DNA of 64,000 nucleotides from an uncultured Candidatus Saccharibacteria bacterium (GTDB lineage Bacteria; Patescibacteriota; Andersenbacteria; UBA10190): NCBI GenBank assembly GCA_964371255.1, contig CAYJKV010000006.1, positions 9,806 to 73,805 of the forward strand, read 5' to 3'. Shown piece by piece: positions 9,851 to 18,514 of this stretch (position 1 is its first letter; each line of letters starts with the position of its first letter). The notes under the pieces were generated by a model. It saw only the letters and a program-made list of their open reading frames with translations, ran no database searches and was not told where the DNA came from. The position numbers and the translations under genes were made by a program.

Positions 9851-10621
9851 TTAGTTGATTATTTCTCCTTTATTGTCATCTACCCTTTTACGCCACTTAT
9901 TAAGTTCTTCGGGTGTTTGTTTCGTCCAGTCAGTAACCTCTCCAATGATTTTCAACGGTGCTTCAGTGCGATATGAACGTGTCGGATTTCCAGGGAAGTA
10001 ACTGTTTGTAACATTTGGGTCATTTTCAAAACTCCCTGTTGGTTCAACAACATATACATGCTCATCCCCATCACTTCGTGCCAACGCAGCAGCTAACCCT
10101 GCTCCACTAGCAAAAGCTGTGAAGTAAATGTGGTTCATTTTAAATTCGGATTGATAATTAGACTCACGCCCAACAGTTAGCAAATCACCAATCTGTAAAT
10201 CTGCTTTCGTCCCATGATAAAACGGTCCTTTGTCAGAAGGTGCATCGTCACATGAAGCTGCTAACTCATAATGCCTTTTAGCCTCGTTAGCATCGCCTAA
10301 TTCCTCATAGCATTTAGCGATATTTGAATAGAGAGGAGAAAACGCACTTTTTACTGTGTCGTCATTTATTTTTAATGCAAGCTGCAAATCAGTTTTAAGC
10401 CACCGTAACTTTTCGGAAACACTTTTTTGATGTCGAGCTACGTAATGAGCCGAAATAAATTTTTCAAAATCATTTGTCGTTTCATTCCAGGCTTGAAAAA
10501 ACAATTTACTTGCTGATTCAGGGTCGCCTTTCTTTTCCATGGCAATACCCTGAAGACAAAGACGGACAATATTATTTTTTTGGCTAAATTCCATATTCAG
10601 AATTAATTTCTTCTTCAGCAT
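9851..10621 (-). CDS. arr: Fusion protein: N-terminal TPR-like helical domain + C-terminal Arr-family (rifampin-type) mono-ADP-ribosyltransferase
   Basis: C-terminal ~135 aa matches Arr signature GPFYHGTKA..IGDLLT...HIYFTA...YVVEPTGSFENDPNVTN.YFPGNPT.SYRT..PL.I.GEV.DW; N-terminal ~120 aa helical repeats. Confidence 0.75.
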   Translation of the reverse strand: MLKKKLILNMEFSQKNNIVRLCLQGIAMEKKGDPESASKLFFQAWNETTNDFEKFISAHYVARHQKSVSEKLRWLKTDLQLALKINDDTVKSAFSPLYSNIAKCYEELGDANEAKRHYELAASCDDAPSDKGPFYHGTKADLQIGDLLTVGRESNYQSEFKMNHIYFTAFASGAGLAAALARSDGDEHVYVVEPTGSFENDPNVTNSYFPGNPTRSYRTEAPLKIIGEVTDWTKQTPEELNKWRKRVDDNKGEIIN

Positions 10622-10667
10622 AAAACAAAACTCGAACTATCTCTAATTCGAGTCCCGTCAGCTCCCA

Positions 10668-10901
10668 CTACTTGATCAGGTTCGAACCGTTCTTATCGAT
10701 ATGTTTTGCTTGAGATTTCGTTCTACCCTTTAGTACAAAAAAGATAGCGGCAAATACACATAACCAAGCCAGATAGTAAAAAGCATTTTCGATGCCGCGC
10801 GGTACTACATTATTATCATCCACTATCACATAAGCCACACCGAACAATAGACCAAAGAAGAGGAAAAAACGCCACGCTTTATTTGTTGTTAGCAGTCTCA
10901 T
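10668..10901 (-). CDS. Small 2-TM membrane protein
   Basis: Two hydrophobic helices; lies between the DsrE-like gene and the arr-like gene on the same strand. Confidence 0.35.
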   Translation of the reverse strand: MRLLTTNKAWRFFLFFGLLFGVAYVIVDDNNVVPRGIENAFYYLAWLCVFAAIFFVLKGRTKSQAKHIDKNGSNLIK

Positions 10902-10957
10902 TCTTCAAGCTTACGACGTCAGACTCGCTCTATCAAAGACTGGTTTACTTTACTAAC

Positions 10958-11284
10958 CTACCCGAATACCAAAACTTTGTCTGATTCTTCCACCATCTTT
11001 AGTAAATCGGACATTGTGGAAACCGGACAGACCGCGCCCTCTTTCTTACCACGCAGTTCAAGGCAAGTCCCACATACGTATAACACCCCTTTGAGAGCCT
11101 TGTAGTCAGCCACCTTCTTGGAAATATCCAAAGCTTCCGTATCGGCGATAGTATCAAGTTCCGCTCCTTCGTTCATCAAAAAAATTGTTACCTCGTGACC
11201 GGCTTTGAGCGACGTAATACCGAAACGAAATGTATTCCAGACGTGCTCCGGTTTATTTGATTGTAGAATGATACCGATTTTCAT
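10958..11284 (-). CDS. DsrE/DsrF/TusD-like sulfur-relay family protein
   Basis: 108 aa; MKIGIIL..N.G.....I..L..K.....L.VCGTC.. pattern and size typical of DsrE-like proteins. Confidence 0.6.
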   Translation of the reverse strand: MKIGIILQSNKPEHVWNTFRFGITSLKAGHEVTIFLMNEGAELDTIADTEALDISKKVADYKALKGVLYVCGTCLELRGKKEGAVCPVSTMSDLLKMVEESDKVLVFG

Positions 11285-11291
11285 TTGCTGA

Positions 11292-12014
11292 TTAACTTAA
11301 GTCCTTTTTCTTTTCCTCAAACTCTTTTTTATCAATCTCGCCTTTGGCATAGCATTCTTTGAGAATATCGAGGGCTGACGTACCTCGGCGTTGTGGTGTG
11401 CCTTGGCCCATCATCCACCTCACCAGCGCAATAACCCCCGCAATAATCAGCACCCACCAGAGAATCATGAAAACACCGCCGCCGAAGAAGAAAGGCATAC
11501 TTGACCCCCATCCTCCCCAGTTCATCATATTTAAGCCACCTTCCACCTGTCCCCCGAAGCCTTGGCGTAGGGGGATCATCATATTCATCATCGGCATGAA
11601 GCCCGCACCGCTGACGGGATAGGCAGCCGAGGCATCGCAGTTACTGAGGCGTTTGCCCATCACGACATGCATTTGCTCTTCTCCCTCTTCTCCCATCATT
11701 TGTATCATCATCTGGTTCATTGCAGCATGGGAGTCGCCCATCATTTGCCCCATGAAGTATTCACCCAATGAGGCAAACTGCTCATCAGAAAGACTGTCGC
11801 AGGTGAGTTGCTTGTCTTGGAGTTGTTGCCATAATTCTTTACCCTCCGCTTCCTCGCTGGCGGTATGATCATCGTCAATGGGTGGTAACGATCTACCCAC
11901 CATGCCCTGAGCTGAAACAGCGAGAGGCAACGACAATGACAATAATATGGCTACCCCATATTGAAACAGGCCAGAAGTTCTTCGCCAGATCATGCATAAA
12001 ACGTACCGCTCCAA
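11292..12014 (-). CDS. Secreted, Met-rich (putative Cu/Ag-binding) membrane protein with C-terminal SHOCT domain
   Basis: Signal peptide (MIWRR...AVSAQG), if the ATG at 11993 is used rather than the TTG at 12014; periplasmic MxxM/MM clusters; TM helix; C-terminal SHOCT motif LDILKECYAKGEIDKKEFEEKKKDL. Confidence 0.6.
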   Translation of the reverse strand: MERYVLCMIWRRTSGLFQYGVAILLSLSLPLAVSAQGMVGRSLPPIDDDHTASEEAEGKELWQQLQDKQLTCDSLSDEQFASLGEYFMGQMMGDSHAAMNQMMIQMMGEEGEEQMHVVMGKRLSNCDASAAYPVSGAGFMPMMNMMIPLRQGFGGQVEGGLNMMNWGGWGSSMPFFFGGGVFMILWWVLIIAGVIALVRWMMGQGTPQRRGTSALDILKECYAKGEIDKKEFEEKKKDLS

Positions 12015-12020
12015 ACACTG

Positions 12021-12200
12021 AATAGCAAAAAACTCCCTCCGCCAGCTGGCGGATCGGGAATTCTTTGCGGGAGTAGCAAACGGGAGGCAAGCCTCTTGCG
12101 TCTTTCAGCCCTCGGTTATGCTCCTGTAAGTCCCGCGATAGCCGCTACAAGGCGAGCCTCTCTTGGAAACATGCTCGGTTGTACTATCGGGTGCTTTATT
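12021..12200 (-). promoter_or_regulatory. Structured GC-rich 5' leader with a terminator-like 14-bp palindrome (ccgccagctggcgg + T-run) just upstream of the Met-rich gene
   Basis: Seen on the minus strand; no upstream minus-strand gene to terminate, so an attenuator/riboswitch-like element is likely. Confidence 0.35.
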
Positions 12201-12508
12201 CCTCTTCAATCTGTCCTTTGAGTTTCGTTAAATGGGATTTTGAATCGCGGCACTGGCAATGCTTTGCGTGGTCAGTGTGCCACTTTATTTTCTGTTCTAA
12301 TGTTGCGTTTTTCGGCATCATATTTGCCACATGCCAAGCCTTGTTTATTTTGTTCATCCTTCAAGCGTACGGCTTCAGCTTTGCTTTATCAATTAATAAA
12401 AATGCAAAAAATACAAAGGCAATCTTTTAAACAAGCCCCATAATCAATCTAGATAACACATAATATATTTGACCATCCAACGTTTCATCGATGTTTCCGC
12501 TCAATAGA

Positions 12509-12568
12509 GCTCCAAGGGTCGGAAGACTTCCGAACCAGAATAATGGCTATGAAGAAGCCAATTTGGAC
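12509..12568 (+). repeat. 60-bp direct repeat, copy 1 (58/60 identical to 18431-18490); contains 15-bp palindrome tcggaag-a-cttccga
   Basis: Direct comparison within the window. Confidence 0.9.
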
Positions 12569-12838
12569 GCAAGAAAAAGCGAGGTAATAACTTACCCCAC
12601 TCCATTGCTAACTATTTATTCCGTGCTATTTCCGTGGCACTTGATTATTTAATCAAATAATCAAACGACAACAGTCTTCTACCCCACCCGCTTACTCACT
12701 ATATCTAGGCTGCTGTACTATTAAATGAGGACCCTCTGATACTTGCTATCTAGCACTAAATGTGCTATTCCTCACTCCAGCAGTTTGGCACGTTCATTCC
12801 CAATTTATCACTCGCATTCCTCTTGAAAGGAGGACGCA

Positions 12839-13612
12839 ATGCTCGTTACTAAATGGACTGAAGACGACCTGTCCCTCCTTTGGAGGGAATACAAGTTAGT
12901 CGGTAGCTTCGACCTTCGCAATCGTCTGGTCGAGGCTTATCTGCCTCTCGTAAAGGGTCTCGTCATTGGTTTGATGGGTAGGGCATTCGCCAAATTCATC
13001 GGACAAGACGAGCTAGAAGCAGCAGGCAATTTGGGTTTGATGCAGGCTGTCGAAGGCTTCGACCTAGACCGTGGTATCAAATTCGAGACGTATGCTTCAA
13101 CACGTATTCGAGGTGCAATTCTCGACTGGCTGCGCAACCTAGACTGGATTCCTCGCAAGGTACGCAGCAATGCAAGGCTCTATAACAAAGCTGTCGCTGC
13201 GCTTTCGGGAGGGTCTAGAGAACAACCTACCATTGAAGAGGTCGCTGACTATCTTCACGTATCAATCGAGACGGCGCAAGCACTAGCGCACGACGCTAAG
13301 GGTGCTGAAACCCACGTCAGGCAGGGCGGAGAAGAGGTCCGCGGAGAGTTTGAAGACAACATCAGTAAGACCCCTTCGCTTGATTCTATTCCCGACCATA
13401 GAGAACCCGTTGCCCTGGACGAAATGACGAAGGGGGATGGCTTCGACAATCTCATCGCCTGTCTCAACGATAGGGAACAAATAATCATTGTGCTCTATTA
13501 CCGCGAAAGCTTCACGATGAAGCAAATTGGCCTCATTCTCAGTATGAGTGAAAGCCGAATTTCGCAAATGCACGACCGCGCGCTGCTGAAAATCAAGGAT
13601 TCGTTCCTGTAA
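12839..13612 (+). CDS. Sigma-70 family alternative sigma factor (group 3, FliA/sigma-28-like)
   Basis: Region 2 (YASTRIRGAILDWLR), region 3 and region 4 HTH (ESRISQMHDRALLKI); 257 aa. Confidence 0.8.
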   Translation: MLVTKWTEDDLSLLWREYKLVGSFDLRNRLVEAYLPLVKGLVIGLMGRAFAKFIGQDELEAAGNLGLMQAVEGFDLDRGIKFETYASTRIRGAILDWLRNLDWIPRKVRSNARLYNKAVAALSGGSREQPTIEEVADYLHVSIETAQALAHDAKGAETHVRQGGEEVRGEFEDNISKTPSLDSIPDHREPVALDEMTKGDGFDNLIACLNDREQIIIVLYYRESFTMKQIGLILSMSESRISQMHDRALLKIKDSFL

Positions 13613-13678
13613 CACACAAGGGGTCGCCACGAGGCACCCCTCTTTTCTTCTGAACACACTCTCGTTAAGGAGAACACT

Positions 13679-14599
13679 ATGCTCGCAACACTGACCCCCC
13701 CCATTGCATCAACGAATGGGCACGCTCACAACGAGGTCGGTAAGGTCATCCTGATTCCCAGGACACGCATTCGCCCCTTCGCAGACCAACCGCGCAAATT
13801 CTTCGACCAACAGAAGTTGAAGGAATTGGCTGCCAGCATTAAAGCTGTCCAGCAAATCGTACCGATATTCATCAAGGCACTGGAAGTCCCTCACCCCGAC
13901 TACGACTACGAACTGGTAGACGGGCAGCGACGCTGGCACGCCTGCGACATCGCTGAAGTGGAAGAGATGAAAGCAATCGTGTTGACCGTCAAAGACGTGT
14001 CGGAGCAGTTCCTAATTTCCGTCGTGTCGAACTTCGGACGCGCCGACCACACCCCGCTGGAGACCGCCAACGCCATCAAGTTTTTCAAAGACCGCGATAT
14101 GACGGTGGACCAGATTGCTCAAGTCTTCGCCCGTTCGACAGCCTGGGTGTACCAACACCTCAAGATTCTCCAGCTCCATCCCGACGTGTTGCTGATGATG
14201 GCACCAGAATTGCCCGAAGAAAAACAACTCGGCTTTTCTGCAGCGATGCTGCTAGCCGACGTTCCTGCGGACCTTCAAAAGAAAATCGCCGATACCATTG
14301 TCGAAGGGCGAATGAAGGTCAACCAGGCTCGCAACTTCATTCGGCAACGGGCTGAAAAAATCGGATTCAAGGTTGGCGACCCGACTCGCAAACCGAGCGA
14401 CGATTTCAAGGTTTTTCGCAGCTTCGTTGGTCGTATGAGGCGCGAACTGGAAATGCTCGTTGAGATGCCCCAGAGCTTCTTCGATAAGATGTTTCAGTAT
14501 CGTGAAGGAGAAGACTGCAACGAAGTTATCAAGCGCGTCGAGAGCAATATCGAGCAGCTTCAGGTGTTGCTTAAGGCCCTCAGGAAAGCAAAGAAGTAA
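13679..14599 (+). CDS. ParB-family protein (ParB/Srx N-domain + HTH), orphan (no parA)
   Basis: GQRRWHA arginine-finger box, HTH TVDQIAQVFARSTAWVYQHLKIL, C-terminal dimerisation region. Confidence 0.8.
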   Translation: MLATLTPPIASTNGHAHNEVGKVILIPRTRIRPFADQPRKFFDQQKLKELAASIKAVQQIVPIFIKALEVPHPDYDYELVDGQRRWHACDIAEVEEMKAIVLTVKDVSEQFLISVVSNFGRADHTPLETANAIKFFKDRDMTVDQIAQVFARSTAWVYQHLKILQLHPDVLLMMAPELPEEKQLGFSAAMLLADVPADLQKKIADTIVEGRMKVNQARNFIRQRAEKIGFKVGDPTRKPSDDFKVFRSFVGRMRRELEMLVEMPQSFFDKMFQYREGEDCNEVIKRVESNIEQLQVLLKALRKAKK

Positions 14600-14723
14600 T
14601 CGTTCCACCACTGGTTATATAATCAGTGGCTTTTTTTATTTGGCACACAAAGAAGATAAAAGTGATAAAAGGGATTCCCCCCCCTAAGCAGCCAGATATC
14701 TCCATAGAGCTCAGCCGCTCCGC

Positions 14724-15551
14724 TTATCCTTCAATCTCTCTAATTACCTTACATCCAGGAGCTTCGTAATCAGCTGTGTTGTATATCGTCTTTCCTTTGT
14801 ACTTATTCCAATCTTCGTAAAGCGTATCCAAACTATTTATAATAGAATCTTTGACGCCGGGATCCAGATACAGGTATGGACAGAGGTGCAAAGGTGGATT
14901 CCCGGTTTTCAATATTCCCATTTCAACCACGCCGTAGCCGGGCATATTCTTTGTGACATAATCACTTACTTCGGCAATTACCTGACCGGCCTTTACCTTG
15001 TCTCCAACTTTGACCAGAGGATTTATTACGTGTTCGGTTTCATAAACATATTCTGTTATTTTGTTTTTCTCTCCCACTCCGATCGAATAGTCGCCGCTCC
15101 AGACTTTTCCGACGCTAACAACATAGCCATCAACCATGGAGCGAACCTTTGTGCCCAGCGGAGCAATAAAAGTGGGCTGGAGATTATCTTTACCAGGAAA
15201 ATCAAGAGATGCTGGGATATAAAAACCGTAATCTTCATACAGAATATCAAATTGCATCTCTTGCTTGGTGAATTTCAAATCGCCCGCCATACCAGTTACC
15301 GGATCATACGGTGCTAGGTTGACCGGTAAATTTTTTATCAATAAAGGCGGACCATCCTTCTTATTTTTCCAATTTATTTGTCTGATAAAACTCGATATCC
15401 CTTGCGTATCGCCTTTTTTCTCACTTAGAAGCAGGAAAACGATGACCACCACTGCTAAAAATAAAACTAATCCTAACCACCAATACCTCTTCGCAAAAAC
15501 CTTTGATGGTTTCTCTATAATTTTCTCCTTAGACATCCAACCTCCTAGCAT
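14724..15551 (-). CDS. Membrane-anchored M23/LytM-like peptidase-domain protein
   Basis: N-terminal TM; C-terminal APLGTKV..VDGYVV..GDYSIGV...GDKVKAGQVIAEVSD....LHL pattern of lysostaphin-type domains; some catalytic residues look degenerate; very AT-rich. Confidence 0.5.
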   Translation of the reverse strand: MLGGWMSKEKIIEKPSKVFAKRYWWLGLVLFLAVVVIVFLLLSEKKGDTQGISSFIRQINWKNKKDGPPLLIKNLPVNLAPYDPVTGMAGDLKFTKQEMQFDILYEDYGFYIPASLDFPGKDNLQPTFIAPLGTKVRSMVDGYVVSVGKVWSGDYSIGVGEKNKITEYVYETEHVINPLVKVGDKVKAGQVIAEVSDYVTKNMPGYGVVEMGILKTGNPPLHLCPYLYLDPGVKDSIINSLDTLYEDWNKYKGKTIYNTADYEAPGCKVIREIEG

Positions 15552-15737
15552 CCATAGAATAAGTTATTTTCATTCTACCATTTTCTTGCTTTCGGTTCGA
15601 GTTAAGTTGGATTATCACAAAAAATAACTAGTCTAGACTAGGTATTTTTATGGCTCGAGATTTGGGACGATTATCGAACTTTAGCTTGGATAGACCAGAT
15701 TAATAATGTTCACAGAAGCGTAACAAATACTTCTGAA

Positions 15738-18335
15738 TTATTGGCTTGCCAGCCTCTGTTTACGTCGCTCTAGCGCTTCCGCACCGCCTTCTAAAATCTC
15801 CACTACTTCTTTTTTAATTTGATCATTTTCGATAGAACCGGATAAGTAGTTAAAGAACGGCTTGCTTCCACCCGTTTTATTAGCTATTAGAACCTCTTCA
15901 CTATCGCCAAGAATAACCAAATTTGCATTATGGGAAACAATAATTACCTGTCTGCCGATTTTTTCGCCCTTTAAAAAATTCACGATTTCTTTTGATATTG
16001 TTTTAGCATCCAGATCATCTTCTGGCTGATCTAATAAAACAGGGTAGTTATAATTATCAAATTTAAAAATAAACTCCAATAAAACTAACATTTTCTCACC
16101 GTCAGACATGCTATGAAAGTTGTTACCACTTTTGTTCTCAATACTTTGGAGAAAATCAATTATAAATCGGTTTCTAAAAAGCTCCGTGATTACAGTTTCC
16201 TCGTCTTTGCCTGCTATTATGCGCAAATCCCCAGACAGTACCCCCATTAGCAATTGTTTCAGTAGATTAGGAAAAATGACCGCATCATAATTCCATTCCT
16301 CTGGATTCTTCAGTAGGTCATTTATTTCCTTATATTTTGAATTGTTTTCCCTTACGGCTTTTGAATTATGATAATTAATATTTTCAGAAATAAATTCCCT
16401 AAAGCTTTTTATGTCGAAATTAGTAGTAACTTTTACCTTGGAAAAATCAAAGTTATCTACTTTTGAAAGCAAGCCATCATAGCGCGCATTATAACCCCAA
16501 TAAAGTCCAATAAGATTATTTCGACTTGTCTCATAGTCGCTAGATAGGATCATCAGCTCATTTGTAATAGTATTTACACTTTGTAAAGCATCCTTCCTAG
16601 CCTGCAGACTTTCTGCTAATTGCAATAATGCTTTGTGTTCCTCAATTTTTTTCCTAAGCGGCAGCAGTAATTCCCTTAATTTAGAAATCTCGATATTTAA
16701 TAATCTTTGCAATTCCTTTAAGGCGGTAATTTCCTGAGATATAAAACCTTTCTTGAATGCCTCATCAGAATCTTTTAGCTTAGCTTCAATCTTCTGTAAA
16801 AATTCAGGGGAAAAATCATATTCCGATACTTTTTCCGCTGTAATAACCGCCTCATTCTTAAGAAGACTTAAAGAAATCGAATTACTCTCAATGATCTTCG
16901 ACTGATTTTCTTTTACGGAGATTTCTGTGATCAACTGTTTATATTGATCTAATTCTTGCCTACTTATCTTTCCACTAGCATCGCCAGCTATTTTGAGTCT
17001 TATTTCCAAATTTTTAATGTCAGTCTTTAGAGACTCTTTCTGGCCTAGTTTTTTTAATATCTGTTTTTCATTTCGTCCTTTCTCTCTTATGGAGAGTAGA
17101 TTCTTGATTAATGATGCAATTTCTAATGAATTTTCAACTTCAAATTTTCTATACTCTTGAAGTTGTTGAGCGAAATCATTTCTGTTTTCAAATAGATTTA
17201 TCAAGAACTCACCTAAATTTTGACTGTCCTCATAAACAAGATCCCCCAAATAACGTTGAGGGATAAAAAGTAGTCCTTTAGTCTTCTCATCGTTTGTATT
17301 GAGTGTGTTTACTGCACCATCCTTCCAGAACACTTGAAAATTCTTGAGCTGCAGAAACTCCGTGCTATTGATTGCTTTTTGATTACACTGCTCGTAATCA
17401 ACAGCATATGCAATGTTCTTGAGTAGATTTGATTTCCCTGTCGCTCGACTACCTATGACAGAATTCATTCCCTCGCTAAATGAAACAACTATTTTCTGGT
17501 TCTCAGTTCCGATATATTCCACTCTATCAATCAGATCGTATAAAGGCTTCTCTTCGGGTTTTAATTCCTGAATTCTTACTCTTCCTTCTGGTTCATAAAG
17601 AATTTGTTTTAAACCTTGAAATGTAGGATCAGCCTTGATCCAACAGTTTTGCTTCGTAGTATAGCTATGTGCATTATGATTATCAGAACATACAATCATT
17701 GGACGATAACCAATGATAGGAAAAACAATTTTTATATAAGCTTCTGCATCTTTTTCTTGTCCCAACTCAAAAACGCCAACACAATCAGCAATATCTTCCT
17801 TTTGCGCCATCTTAGTTGGAAGTGTATTTGTAATTGTCTCTAGAGAGTTAGATTTTGATCCTGCATGAATCGTTACTATTCCGCCTAGACCTTTAATCAC
17901 CCCTGTGCTTGTTTTTAAATCACAATAGATTTGATTGTCGCCCTTTCCACTCTTTTTCTGAGAAGCAATTTCAAGCTTTGCATTTAGTTCTTGAGACAAA
18001 AAATCAAGATCAGAATCCTCGGGAAAAATGCCAATAATATGAATCGGCTCACTACCTCTTGAGTCTGTACAAAGCTCAATTCCAGGAAAAATCACAATAT
18101 CAGATCCTGCTATTTCCTTCAGAGATCTTATCCTATTAATATCCACTAAATGATGATCCGTCACTGCGACAGCACTAATTTCATTTTTCTTAAGAACCTC
18201 AATCAATTCTTCATTAGTTACTGCATTATTGCCGTAATCATAGGAAGAAGGAGTATGAAAATGGAGATCCCATTTTCGCCATTCAGATCCGCGTGGATAT
18301 ATCTTTTTCACCATACTACTAAGTTCGAAAATCAA
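15738..18335 (-). CDS. PHP-phosphoesterase + SMC/Rad50-like ABC ATPase (Ppl-like single-gene antiphage protein)
   Basis: N-terminal PHP motifs (DLHFHTPSS, AVAVTDHH, CSDNHN); Walker A GSRATGKSNLL; ~350-aa coiled-coil insertion; signature MSDGEKM; Walker B VLLDQPEDDLD; H-loop VSHNAN; ~33% GC. Confidence 0.7.
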   Translation of the reverse strand: MIFELSSMVKKIYPRGSEWRKWDLHFHTPSSYDYGNNAVTNEELIEVLKKNEISAVAVTDHHLVDINRIRSLKEIAGSDIVIFPGIELCTDSRGSEPIHIIGIFPEDSDLDFLSQELNAKLEIASQKKSGKGDNQIYCDLKTSTGVIKGLGGIVTIHAGSKSNSLETITNTLPTKMAQKEDIADCVGVFELGQEKDAEAYIKIVFPIIGYRPMIVCSDNHNAHSYTTKQNCWIKADPTFQGLKQILYEPEGRVRIQELKPEEKPLYDLIDRVEYIGTENQKIVVSFSEGMNSVIGSRATGKSNLLKNIAYAVDYEQCNQKAINSTEFLQLKNFQVFWKDGAVNTLNTNDEKTKGLLFIPQRYLGDLVYEDSQNLGEFLINLFENRNDFAQQLQEYRKFEVENSLEIASLIKNLLSIREKGRNEKQILKKLGQKESLKTDIKNLEIRLKIAGDASGKISRQELDQYKQLITEISVKENQSKIIESNSISLSLLKNEAVITAEKVSEYDFSPEFLQKIEAKLKDSDEAFKKGFISQEITALKELQRLLNIEISKLRELLLPLRKKIEEHKALLQLAESLQARKDALQSVNTITNELMILSSDYETSRNNLIGLYWGYNARYDGLLSKVDNFDFSKVKVTTNFDIKSFREFISENINYHNSKAVRENNSKYKEINDLLKNPEEWNYDAVIFPNLLKQLLMGVLSGDLRIIAGKDEETVITELFRNRFIIDFLQSIENKSGNNFHSMSDGEKMLVLLEFIFKFDNYNYPVLLDQPEDDLDAKTISKEIVNFLKGEKIGRQVIIVSHNANLVILGDSEEVLIANKTGGSKPFFNYLSGSIENDQIKKEVVEILEGGAEALERRKQRLASQ

Positions 18336-18430
18336 TAAATCAAGTAAAACCAGTGCTTGATTTTCGAACCATCAAGAAATGGCTCTGCTGACGAGTAGGA
18401 TCAGGTAATTTGATTCACTTGTCCTATTCT

Positions 18431-18490
18431 GCTCCAAGGGTCGGAAGACTTCCGAACCAGAATGATGGCTATGAAGAAGCCAGTTTGGAC
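18431..18490 (+). repeat. 60-bp direct repeat, copy 2
   Basis: Matches 12509-12568 with 2 mismatches. Confidence 0.9.
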
Positions 18491-18514
18491 AATTAATTAA
18501 GAGATTACAATTTG

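Noticed and set aside
12065-12095. Possible yybP-ykoY (Mn) riboswitch-like gggagtagc motif on the plus strand
   Set aside because: No plus-strand gene follows within 700 bp. The motif is short and is more simply the antisense of the minus-strand leader of the Met-rich gene.
12179-12443. Small ORFs (83 aa, 67 aa) in the 12.0-12.8 kb intergenic region
   Set aside because: No RBS, low-complexity hydrophobic translations, located in a divergent promoter/repeat region. Treated as non-coding.
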